This document shows, piece after piece, positions 1 to 10,245 of a stretch of DNA of 64,000 bases. A model generated the notes under the pieces. It saw only the letters and a program-made list of their open reading frames with translations, searched no databases and had not been told where the DNA came from. A program made the translations under genes and the position numbers. The stretch is taken from the NCBI GenBank assembly GCA_965220625.1, contig CBDCQN010000002.1, positions 136,753 through 200,752 on the forward strand, in the 5' to 3' direction. Every line of letters begins with the position of its first letter. The first letter of the stretch is position 1. This DNA comes from Dehalococcoidia bacterium. GTDB lineage: Bacteria; Chloroflexota; Dehalococcoidia; Lucifugimonadales; UBA3495.

Positions 1-114
1 CTCGACCAAATCAGGGCTGTCGACCGTAGCCGACTGCTCCGGTATCAAGGCCAACTGGATGCCGAAGTACTTTCCGCCGCTCTAGCCTTTCTACGCCAAA
101 TTTTCGAGGACTAG
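1..114 (+). CDS. PemK/MazF-family toxin, C-terminal fragment (gene begins left of the window)
   Basis: Frame 1 reads LDQIRAVDRSRLLRYQGQLDAEVLSAALAFLRQIFED* with the stop at 112-114. This resembles the conserved DQIR(T/A)(I/V)D..RL C-terminus of MazF/PemK endoribonucleases. Confidence 0.5.
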   Translation, partial: LDQIRAVDRSRLLRYQGQLDAEVLSAALAFLRQIFED

Positions 115-117
115 CCG

Positions 118-381
118 CTATCCGCCGGCGATGGCGGGGACGAAATGAACTTCGCTGGTCTCTTGTACGCGCTCCAGCATGCCCATGCGCGCCACGTCGC
201 CGTCAATGGCTACGGCGAGGTTCGAGCGGATTTCCCCGTCTTCCACCAACCGGTCTTTAATGCCCGGGTAAAGCTCTTCCAGGCCATTGATGATCTGGCG
301 TACATTGCGCCCTTGGCAGTCAACCTGCTGGACGCCTCCGGTCAGCGGCTGAAGCATGGTTGGAATGAACACCTTTGCCAC
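118..381 (-). CDS. MoaD/ThiS-family ubiquitin-like sulfur-carrier protein
   Basis: 87-aa ORF ending in ...PAIAGG (C-terminal Gly-Gly). GGAGGTG-type SD just upstream of a GTG start. Lies directly downstream of the Mo-enzyme large subunit on the same strand. Confidence 0.8.
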   Translation of the reverse strand: MAKVFIPTMLQPLTGGVQQVDCQGRNVRQIINGLEELYPGIKDRLVEDGEIRSNLAVAIDGDVARMGMLERVQETSEVHFVPAIAGG

Positions 382-472
382 GGTCCACCTCCCGGGAGAT
401 TATGCGCGATGCCGGCCGCCGAGCGTCCGCGGGGGAGCCTCGCGAATCTCCCCCGCGTTCCTCTCTCTCGAG

Positions 473-2755
<2,283 letters not shown>

Positions 2756-2830
2756 GGGTACACCCCCTGATTACTCGAAAGGCGGCCATACAGCCGCCTT
2801 TCCGGTTTACTGTTATGCGGGTTGGACCGT

Positions 2831-3301
2831 TTATTTGCTGGTGCTCACCTGCAGCACGGCGCGGACTATTTTGTCGTAGCCGGTGCACCTGCACAGGTTG
2901 CCAGCGAGCCAGTGGCGGACACGGCCTTCGTCGGCATCGGGCTCGGCGTCCAGCAGGGCCTTGGAGGCCAGCAGGAAGCCGGGGGTGCAGATGCCGCACT
3001 GGAGGGCGGCGTTTTCCAGGAAAGACTGCTGCAACGGGTGCAGGCCCGCGGGGGAAGCCATCCCCTCGATGGTGGTGATCTCCTTGCCTTCGGCTTCTAC
3101 GCCCAGCACCAGGCAGGAATCTACGATACGGCCGTCCAGGATGACGGTGCAGGCGCCGCAGTTGCCGTCGTTGCAGCCCTCTTTGGTGCCGGTCATGCCG
3201 AGCACGTCGCGGACGACCTCCAGCAGACTCTGACGAGGCTCACAGAGGAAGTTGGCGTCCTCTCCGTTAATCTTGGCTTGAATGTGGACTACTCCAGGCA
3301 T
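2831..3301 (-). CDS. (2Fe-2S)-binding small subunit of the Mo-hydroxylase
   Basis: 156 aa with CNDGNCGACTV and CGICTPG...CRCTGY cysteine motifs typical of CoxS/XdhC-type [2Fe-2S] subunits. Confidence 0.9.
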   Translation of the reverse strand: MPGVVHIQAKINGEDANFLCEPRQSLLEVVRDVLGMTGTKEGCNDGNCGACTVILDGRIVDSCLVLGVEAEGKEITTIEGMASPAGLHPLQQSFLENAALQCGICTPGFLLASKALLDAEPDADEGRVRHWLAGNLCRCTGYDKIVRAVLQVSTSK

Positions 3302-3302
3302 A

Positions 3303-4178
3303 TCAGCTACTCCTGGCCCGTTCGACGGCCGTGTTAAGGGTGCGGCGAGTCAGCACGCCGATCAGATGGGTCCGCTGTCGGATGGTCCCGCGCATGTCGT
3401 TGATGGGCTTGGCGTCGGCCATGGCCTTTTCCGAAGCCTCTTGAATTGCTTCGGCGGAGACCGGTTTGCCAGCCAGGCTGTCTCCGGCGTCCCTGGCGAA
3501 CACCGGCGTCGGAGCCACCGAGGCCAGGGCGACGCGGGCCGACACGAAGTTCTGCCCCGATGCGTCAAGCACCACGTGGCTGCCCACACCGGCTACGGCG
3601 ATGTCCATCTCGTTGCGGGGGATAAACCTCAAGTAATTGGTCCCTGAGTGGGCCGCCGGGGCCGGGAACGAGATCGAAACCAACATTTCATCCGTCTGGA
3701 GCACGTTCTGACCGGGGGCGGTGCAGAAATCCTCCGACGCCACCTGCCGCGTTCCGCTGGCGCTGGCAATGTTGCAGACACCGCTCAGGGCGATAACCGC
3801 GGGAATAGAGTCCCCGCTGGGGGCGGCGTTGCACAGGTTGCCGCCGATGCTGGCCCTTCCCTGGATCTGGATCCCGCCGATGAGGGTTGCGGTATCGATC
3901 AACCCGGGGTAGGCCGAGGCCACCGCCTGGTCTTGGTAGATGCGGTAGCATGGAACGGCGGCGCCCAGCACCAAGCCGTTCTGTGGGTCGTAGGATAGCT
4001 GGTTGAGCTCCGGGATCTCCTTTACGTCAACCACCACTTCGGCGGTGCGGCGTCCGGAACGCATCTGCACCAGTATGTCGGTGCCGCCGGCGATCATCCT
4101 CGCCCCGTCCCCTTTGGAAGCCAAGAGCGTTAAAGCTTCGTCAAGGCTTTTCGGAGTTGCGAAATCGAAATCTTCCAA
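3303..4178 (-). CDS. FAD-binding (CoxM-like) medium subunit of the Mo-hydroxylase
   Basis: 291 aa with IAGGTDIL and the FAD_binding_5/CO_deh_flav_C layout. 1-nt spacing to the FeS subunit gene. Confidence 0.9.
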   Translation of the reverse strand: MEDFDFATPKSLDEALTLLASKGDGARMIAGGTDILVQMRSGRRTAEVVVDVKEIPELNQLSYDPQNGLVLGAAVPCYRIYQDQAVASAYPGLIDTATLIGGIQIQGRASIGGNLCNAAPSGDSIPAVIALSGVCNIASASGTRQVASEDFCTAPGQNVLQTDEMLVSISFPAPAAHSGTNYLRFIPRNEMDIAVAGVGSHVVLDASGQNFVSARVALASVAPTPVFARDAGDSLAGKPVSAEAIQEASEKAMADAKPINDMRGTIRQRTHLIGVLTRRTLNTAVERARSS

Positions 4179-4327
4179 TTGGCCACCTCCTGCGTCCGAA
4201 TTATAGCATCACCTTTGCGCCGGTCAAGCTGTAAAATAGGGGGCGGAGCCATTCTGTGGCGGCGCCGGGCCGCCACTTCGACCAGCCATGGAAGCCGCGC
4301 CCACGGGAGCGGTTTACGGGAGCGCTT

Positions 4328-5128
4328 GTGATAACCGCGGCAGGACAGGCGTCAGCCGCCATCGAGGCGGCACTGCGGCGCGACCGGTACATCGTAATCG
4401 CCGGGATTGCCGGGATTGCCGCAATCGCATGGGCCTACATTGTCTATCTCGACCGTTCCAACAGCGGCATGGCCATGGGAATGAACATGGCCGACATGCG
4501 GGTTTGGACCGGGGCTGACTTCCTCCTGATGTTCCTGATGTGGGCCGTGATGATGGTGGCCATGATGGTGCCCACGGCCGCGCCCATGGTTCTCACGTTC
4601 GCCTCGGTGAACCGGAAGCGCCGCGAGAGCCGGCAGCCCTACGTTCCCACCACCGTATTTCTGGCGGGTTACGTGGCGACTTGGGCCGGCTTTGCGATAC
4701 TTGCCACTGCGGGCAACTGGGGCCTGCACCAGGCCTCACTGTTGTCATCGATGGTGGGGGAAAGCACCAATGCCTACCTGGGCGGCGGCTTGCTCCTGGC
4801 TGCCGGGGCGTTCCAATGGAGCCCTCTGAAGCGGGCCTGCTTGAACCAATGCCGATCTCCACTGGGATTCATCATGACATCCTGGCGCGACGGCAAGGGC
4901 GGGGCGCTGCGGATGGGGTTGGAACACGGGGCCTTTTGCTTGGGTTGCTGCTGGATGCTCATGGGACTGTTATTCGTGCTGGGCGTGATGAACCTGGTGT
5001 GGGTGGCGGCCTTGGCGGCCTTCGTGCTGGCGGAGAAAGTGCTGCCCAAGGCCGCATGGTTCACCCGCGCCACCGGTATCGGACTGGCTGCCTGGGGCAT
5101 CCTGATGATACTGAACGGCGTTCTGTAA
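4328..5128 (+). CDS. DUF2182-family predicted metal-binding integral membrane protein
   Basis: Met-rich TM segments (FLLMFLMWAVMMVAMMVPTAAPMVL). The longest ORF starts at 4256. The GTG at 4328 is preferred because GGGAG lies 5 nt upstream. Start uncertain. Confidence 0.7.
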   Translation: MITAAGQASAAIEAALRRDRYIVIAGIAGIAAIAWAYIVYLDRSNSGMAMGMNMADMRVWTGADFLLMFLMWAVMMVAMMVPTAAPMVLTFASVNRKRRESRQPYVPTTVFLAGYVATWAGFAILATAGNWGLHQASLLSSMVGESTNAYLGGGLLLAAGAFQWSPLKRACLNQCRSPLGFIMTSWRDGKGGALRMGLEHGAFCLGCCWMLMGLLFVLGVMNLVWVAALAAFVLAEKVLPKAAWFTRATGIGLAAWGILMILNGVL

Positions 5129-5131
5129 GGA

Positions 5132-5701
5132 CTAACCCCCGAGGCTGGACAGTACCTTTTGGATCGACGAGGACAGATCACCGCCGCGCAGGGGCCGCCG
5201 CCCAATCCCTGCCACGTCGCCCAGGTCCAGGGGCATCTTGCCGGAGGCGGCGCGGCCAATTCGGCCCAGGGCCTGGCCCCACATTGCCGACTCTTCCAAC
5301 TCGCCGTCCGGGTTCCCGCGCTGCAAGGGCACGATGCAGGCCTCGTTGGATGTGGCGCCGGTAATCAATGCCAACACCGGGACTTGCTCCATCGTCAGTC
5401 CCAGTTCCGCCAGCATGGCCTTCATGGTGCTGGAAACACCGTGCTGTCCAAAGATGACGAGGCTGGAAAACCCGGAGCCGAGGTCCTCGAAGGCAGAACG
5501 ATAGCGGCGGAAAATGTCATGGGATGCCCGGTCGTCCAAGGTAACCAGGAACACCGCAAAGACCGGGAAGCCCGACTCCGCGGCGGTGGCCAGCCCGTCG
5601 CGCCACTGCGCCAGCTTGTCCAGGTCGTGGCGGTCGGCGTGACTCGCCTTTGGATTTTTCACCGGACCTGTCGATCGATCGGCGGATGAAGCGGCGCTCA
5701 C
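5132..5701 (-). CDS. hypothetical protein (189 aa), no family recognised
   Basis: Clean ORF 6 nt downstream of the VOC gene on the same strand. Alternating beta/alpha-like pattern (FAVFLVTLDD...LVIFGQHG...VPVLALITG). Confidence 0.55.
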   Translation of the reverse strand: MSAASSADRSTGPVKNPKASHADRHDLDKLAQWRDGLATAAESGFPVFAVFLVTLDDRASHDIFRRYRSAFEDLGSGFSSLVIFGQHGVSSTMKAMLAELGLTMEQVPVLALITGATSNEACIVPLQRGNPDGELEESAMWGQALGRIGRAASGKMPLDLGDVAGIGRRPLRGGDLSSSIQKVLSSLGG

Positions 5702-5707
5702 CGGGTA

Positions 5708-6160
5708 TCAGCCGTGGTCGTCGAACTGCAACAGGATGCCGTCGGGGTCGTAGACGAAGATACTGCTGACCTGCCCGTCCGGCGCGGTGAAGGCATCTAG
5801 CGGCGCGGCCATCTCCACTCCCTTCGCCACCAACTCTTCGGCCAAGGCCTTAACATCGGGAACGGTGAAGGAAAGGTGGCTGATGCCCACTTGGTCCAGC
5901 TTGATGGGCCCGCCGTCCGCCTCCTCTCCGGGGTGGGAGGTCAACACCAGCGAAGGCGCGGTCTGCTCCGGACCGTAGCGCACGTGGACCGTGCGGCGCG
6001 TCTTCCGGGCGTGGGCGTAAACGCTGGGCAGCCCGCCGGTAGTGGTGTCCTGCACTTGGTCGAAGTCCACCCTCATGCCGAGGATGTCGCGGTAGAACCC
6101 CAGAGACTTGTCCAGATCGCGCACGCAGATAGCAATGTGGGAGACCATGCTGGCTTCCAT
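5708..6160 (-). CDS. VOC (glyoxalase/bleomycin resistance/dioxygenase) family protein
   Basis: 150 aa. HIAICVRDLDKSLGFYRDILGM... and ISHLSFTV...VYDPDGILLQF are typical VOC beta-alpha-beta-beta-beta modules. Confidence 0.85.
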   Translation of the reverse strand: MEASMVSHIAICVRDLDKSLGFYRDILGMRVDFDQVQDTTTGGLPSVYAHARKTRRTVHVRYGPEQTAPSLVLTSHPGEEADGGPIKLDQVGISHLSFTVPDVKALAEELVAKGVEMAAPLDAFTAPDGQVSSIFVYDPDGILLQFDDHG

Positions 6161-6329
6161 GAGGTGAGTCCTCCAATGGCCCGGATCAGGCTCGGAGTCC
6201 TGGTGCGCCCCCCGAAGTTCGGAGAGAACGGCCCTATCCTAGCCCGCAGCTTAGGCGTTGTCAAAAGGAGCTTGCGGCCTCGCCAGCTGCCGCTGATAAT
6301 GCATCGATCATCCAACCATTGGCCGGCCG

Positions 6330-6662
6330 TTGAAGCTCCCCAATTCACAAAATAGTATAGTTGCCCGCGAGAAAATTACGGACTATCTGCTCTCGTCAAC
6401 CCATGAAGAAGGCGGCAGCAAGTCTGACCTCTTCCATAGCTTTGGGTTTTACCTGGGCCGATGGGAGCAGTTCGCCGAGGCACTGTCGATTCATGGACGG
6501 GAGCACGAAGTCGTTCAGGTCATAGAATCCGAATATGGTGTAAAGTATGTCTTGGAAGGCAGCATCCTAACCCCGGATGGCCGTAACCCGGATGTCAGGA
6601 CTGTTTGGCAAATCGACTACGGAGCGGACCACCCCAGGCTAATCGCAGCGGTCCCCCTTTAA
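6330..6662 (+). CDS. DUF6883-domain protein
   Basis: TTG start. MKLPNSQNSIVAREKITDYLLSSTHEEGGSKSDLFHSFGF matches the LPN..A.I...K..DYLL...H..G..KA.FF...GF signature recalled for DUF6883. Lies in an AT-richer stretch. Confidence 0.7.
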   Translation: MKLPNSQNSIVAREKITDYLLSSTHEEGGSKSDLFHSFGFYLGRWEQFAEALSIHGREHEVVQVIESEYGVKYVLEGSILTPDGRNPDVRTVWQIDYGADHPRLIAAVPL

Positions 6663-6675
6663 CTGAGGATTCAGA

Positions 6676-6996
6676 ATGTTTAGAGAGCACGATATTGTCA
6701 CTCTTACGGCCGCCATTTCCGACAATGGAGTCCTCCACATCCCCTCGGTCAAGTCGGGGAACTCCGGTCGAGCACTAATTCCCGGCGATATAGGAACCAT
6801 TGTCCATATTTATCCGGGGAGAGAAGCTGTCACCGTGGAATTCGACGGGCCGGACATTTACACCGCGGCCATAGCCGATATCCTGTCAACCCAAATTCGT
6901 GCGACGACCGAATATGACCTTGCCAACGACCGTTTTCGGCCCCGAACCGAGAAAGACATCGCAAACTTCCGCCAGTGGAAGAAGTCGCGGGCATAG
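6676..6996 (+). CDS. DUF4926-domain protein
   Basis: MFREHDIVTLTAAI...LIPGDIGTIVHIYPGREAVTVEF matches the DUF4926 pattern (D.V.L......L..GD.GT.V.....G.AY.VEF). It carries a roughly 45-aa C-terminal extension and starts 13 nt after the DUF6883 gene. Confidence 0.7.
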   Translation: MFREHDIVTLTAAISDNGVLHIPSVKSGNSGRALIPGDIGTIVHIYPGREAVTVEFDGPDIYTAAIADILSTQIRATTEYDLANDRFRPRTEKDIANFRQWKKSRA

Positions 6997-6999
6997 TGC

Positions 7000-7935
7000 C
7001 TACAACTGCGGCCCAGCCGAAGTCGCGCCTCCGGCCAGCGGTTTCAGCATCGCGTAAATCACGTTGTTAGTGGGGGTGGGTATGCCGCAGGTCTTGCCCG
7101 CCCGCACGACGGCCCCGTTCAGAGCCTCCAACTCCAAGGGCCGCCCCGCCATAACGTCGGTGTGCATCGAGGCCTGGAGGTCCGCAAGGTTGTCTTCGAT
7201 GTAGGCCAGCGTGATTTCGTGTACGTCGGGTGGGAAGTTGACGCCGCCGGCGCGGCCCGCCGCCTCGATTTCCCGCAGGCAGTCCACCACCACCTCGCGC
7301 CACTCCGGGCGTGGCATCAGCTCCGCCAGAGTCTGCCGGGCCATTGCAGTCACGCCGGCCATCGTGGCGATAAACAGGAACTTGGTCCACAGTCCGGCGC
7401 GAATGTCAGCGCTCAACTCAGCCGGTACGCCGCTGGCGGTAAGGGCGTCCCGGACGGTACGCCCGCGCGCTGATTCCGAACCGTCCAGCTCGCCAAACAC
7501 CACGCGCACCACGTCCCCGGCCTGCCGCACCACGCCGGGGGAAGGTAGCCCGACCTCGATGTACACCGCGCCGGGCAGCACCCGCCCGTCGCCGAAGGCC
7601 GCCGCCGGAGCCTGGTAGCTGTCGATGCCGTTTTGCAGACAGAGCACGGTTGTATCGGGCCCAACCATAGGCGACATTGCGGGGACCGCAGCGTCGTTCT
7701 GGTAGGTCTTCACGGTAAGCAATACCAACTCCACCGGGCCTATTTCGACGGGATTGTCGGTAGGGGCGCAGTTGACCGTAAACTCCTCGCCATCCCGGAC
7801 CACCCGCAGGCCCCGCTCCCGGATGGCCGCGAGATGCGCCCCCCGGGCAATCAGCGCCACATCATGCCCTCCCCGGGCCAGCATTCCGCCCAGATACCCG
7901 CCGACACTGCCCGCGCCCATAACCGCGATCCGCAT
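7000..7935 (-). CDS. panE: 2-dehydropantoate 2-reductase (ketopantoate reductase)
   Basis: MRIAVMGAGSVGGYLGG Rossmann N-terminus plus an ApbA/PanE C-terminal domain. The longest ORF extends to 8007. The start is taken at MRIAVMGAG. Confidence 0.85.
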   Translation of the reverse strand: MRIAVMGAGSVGGYLGGMLARGGHDVALIARGAHLAAIRERGLRVVRDGEEFTVNCAPTDNPVEIGPVELVLLTVKTYQNDAAVPAMSPMVGPDTTVLCLQNGIDSYQAPAAAFGDGRVLPGAVYIEVGLPSPGVVRQAGDVVRVVFGELDGSESARGRTVRDALTASGVPAELSADIRAGLWTKFLFIATMAGVTAMARQTLAELMPRPEWREVVVDCLREIEAAGRAGGVNFPPDVHEITLAYIEDNLADLQASMHTDVMAGRPLELEALNGAVVRAGKTCGIPTPTNNVIYAMLKPLAGGATSAGPQL

Positions 7936-8153
7936 ATCCTGACCTTCCCCTTGTCGGTAGCCGACATGAATAATAGGGAACATACCCGAAGCTGCGGACC
8001 ACGGCAACCGGCGAAGTCTGCCAGGCTGCCGCCCTGTCCGATTCCGGATCGGTGTTCTCCTTGACGGATGCGGCCTTCCTGCTTATTCTTTGGGACATTG
8101 GCCGGGGGGAGCCCCGGCTTGATTTCCCGGTTTCGGATCAAGGAGAAGTTCCT

Positions 8154-8573
8154 ATGTCGCAGCAGCCGCCACCGATTCCGGCACCCAGCCCGCAGCCGGA
8201 GTCCGACTTCTACTGGGAGAAGTGCAAGGAGGGCGAGCTGTGGCTGCGGCATTGCAAGGCTTGCGATTCGGCCTATTTCTACCCCAGAGACATCTGCCCC
8301 GAGTGTTTCTCCAGGGATACCGATTGGGTGCATAGCAGCGGCAAAGGTACGGTCCACACCTTCGCCATCGTCCATCGCGGGCCGCCGCCATTCCGCGACC
8401 GCACTCCCTACGTGCCGGTCATCGTGGAGTTGGCCGAGGGCGCGCGAATACCGTCGAATCTGGTCGAGTGCGAACCTGACCCCGAAACCATCAAGGTGGG
8501 AATGGCGGTCGAAGTGGTGTTCGAGGCGTTGAACGACACGATCACGCTGCCCTATTTCCGCCCGGCGGCCTAG
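8154..8573 (+). CDS. Zn-ribbon/OB-fold protein (DUF35 family)
   Basis: CKAC....FYPRDICPEC zinc ribbon followed by an OB-fold (GTVHTF..V......PYVPVIVEL.EG.R). AAGGAGAAG SD 5 nt before the ATG at 8154. Confidence 0.85.
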   Translation: MSQQPPPIPAPSPQPESDFYWEKCKEGELWLRHCKACDSAYFYPRDICPECFSRDTDWVHSSGKGTVHTFAIVHRGPPPFRDRTPYVPVIVELAEGARIPSNLVECEPDPETIKVGMAVEVVFEALNDTITLPYFRPAA

Positions 8574-8651
8574 AAATTCTCTCTTCCTCCGGCAGAGGGT
8601 CTCGCCTCTGCAGGGACCCTGATGCGTCGGAGTCACGGTGAGGGCGAACGA

Positions 8652-9482
8652 ATGAGTCTTGGAGGAAAAGTGGCGGTCGTCACCGGCGGCAGCCGGGGCA
8701 TCGGCCGGGCTGTATCGCTGGCATTGGCCGCCGAGGGCGCACAGGTGGTGGTGGCTTCCCGCACCGAGGCAGACGCTTCAGCCGGCTCCCAATGGCCGAA
8801 GTACGCCTCCGGGACCATAGCGGACACCGCCCGCGCTATCGCCGCGGCTGGGGGCGAGGCCCTGCCGGTCCGTTGCGACGTGACCGACGCAGACGACCTG
8901 CAAGCAATGGTCGCCAGGACACTGGATCATTTCGGGCGTATCGACATCGTGGTGTCCAACGCCGGCGTCGACTGCGAATCGCCGGTCGCCGAGCTTGACC
9001 CGGAATTGCTGGACCGCTGCATCGCAGTCAACATCCGGGGTCCAATCCTGCTCTGCAAGTACGTTCTGCCGGCCATGTTCGCCCAGAAAAGCGGCGGCTC
9101 CATCTTCTGCGTCACCTCGGGAGCGGCGCGGGGCTACCGGGAGGGCCGCGTCGGCTACTCCATGAGCAAGGCAGCCTTGGACCGGGCCTTTCTGAGCTTG
9201 GCCGAGGAAGTCCGGGAGCACGACATCGCGGTCAACGTGTTGAGCCCCGGACGGGTCGATACCTGGATGAACCGCCGCGGCGCATGGCCCGGCACCGAAC
9301 ACATTCCAATGGTCCCACCGGAGGTGGTCGCCCCGGCAGCAGTCTGGCTGGCGGGAGTAAAGGCCCATCAATTCACCGGCCAAATGGTGGAGCGCGCCGA
9401 TTTCGGCGTCAGCTGGGGGCCGGTTGACAGTAGTGTCGAGGGAATCGACAACTTGGAAACGGATAAAGGAGGAGGACCATGA
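8652..9482 (+). CDS. SDR-family oxidoreductase
   Basis: GKVAVVTGGSRGIGRA cofactor motif, NAG, and Y..SK catalytic motif (YSMSKAAL). Confidence 0.9.
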   Translation: MSLGGKVAVVTGGSRGIGRAVSLALAAEGAQVVVASRTEADASAGSQWPKYASGTIADTARAIAAAGGEALPVRCDVTDADDLQAMVARTLDHFGRIDIVVSNAGVDCESPVAELDPELLDRCIAVNIRGPILLCKYVLPAMFAQKSGGSIFCVTSGAARGYREGRVGYSMSKAALDRAFLSLAEEVREHDIAVNVLSPGRVDTWMNRRGAWPGTEHIPMVPPEVVAPAAVWLAGVKAHQFTGQMVERADFGVSWGPVDSSVEGIDNLETDKGGGP

Positions 9483-9793
9483 CTACTGCACGGACCGTTG
9501 TGGCGGAAATTGCCCCGAAGTTGGGAGAGCTCAGCGCGGATGTGCTGTTCGGCGATGTCTGGGAACGGCCCGGACTGTCGAAGCGCGACCGGAGCCTGAT
9601 CACTGTCGCCAGCCTGATCGCCCTTTACCGCACCGGCCAATTGCGGGGCCATCTCGGCCGCGCCTTGGACAATGGAGTAACCAAAGACGAGCTAGCCGAG
9701 GTCATCACCCACATGGCCTTCTATAGCGGCTGGCCCACCTCGGCCAACGCGGCACAGGTGGCCAAGGAAGTGTACGAGGAGCGAGGCATTTAG
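9479..9793 (+). CDS. carboxymuconolactone decarboxylase (CMD/AhpD-like) family protein
   Basis: 104 aa. GDVWERPGLSKRDRSLITVA.L.....QL..HL..AL.NG.T..EL.EVI.H.A.Y.G.P is the CMD-domain signature. 4-nt overlap with the SDR gene. Confidence 0.85.
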   Translation: MTTARTVVAEIAPKLGELSADVLFGDVWERPGLSKRDRSLITVASLIALYRTGQLRGHLGRALDNGVTKDELAEVITHMAFYSGWPTSANAAQVAKEVYEERGI

Positions 9794-9878
9794 ACCGTCG
9801 GTGATAAACTGGTCTCGTGGGGGCGGGTTTGAAATCCGCTCCTGCCGTACAAAAGGCACAGTAGCGACGGTTGAAATA

Positions 9879-10161
9879 ATGGGTACCATACGCATCCCCA
9901 TAGGCGTAGGTCACCCAGGTGGCGGTGATCTGGAAATCATACCCGAGGCCCTGGTTGACACCGGGTCCACTCATACCATGCTGCCCGCGTCCCTGTTGAC
10001 CTATCTCCATGTCGAACCTCGCGAGTACGAATTGTGGGAGTTCGCCGACGGAGACACCAGAGAAATGGGTTTTGGGGTAGCCCGGATCTCCATTGAGCCT
10101 CATGGTAGACCCCGAAGGTGAAGAGTTCATTCGGAGGACCTATCGAGCACGGTACATCTAG
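9879..10161 (+). pseudogene. retropepsin-like (clan AA) aspartic protease, apparently internally deleted and frameshifted
   Basis: MGTIRIPIGV...EALVDTGSTHTMLP (DTGS active site) ...GFGVARISIEPHG, then a premature stop at 10121. The expected C-terminal LG(L)xVDP motif reappears in another frame (SLMVDPEGEEFIRR..., stop 10161). Confidence 0.45.
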
Positions 10162-10245
10162 CCGAACCGATTCCCCTCTTGCCTCCGGGGAGTGTCGACA
10201 AGACCGTCTCTCCCTTGAGGGAGGGGGCCAGTGCGAGGGAAATTC

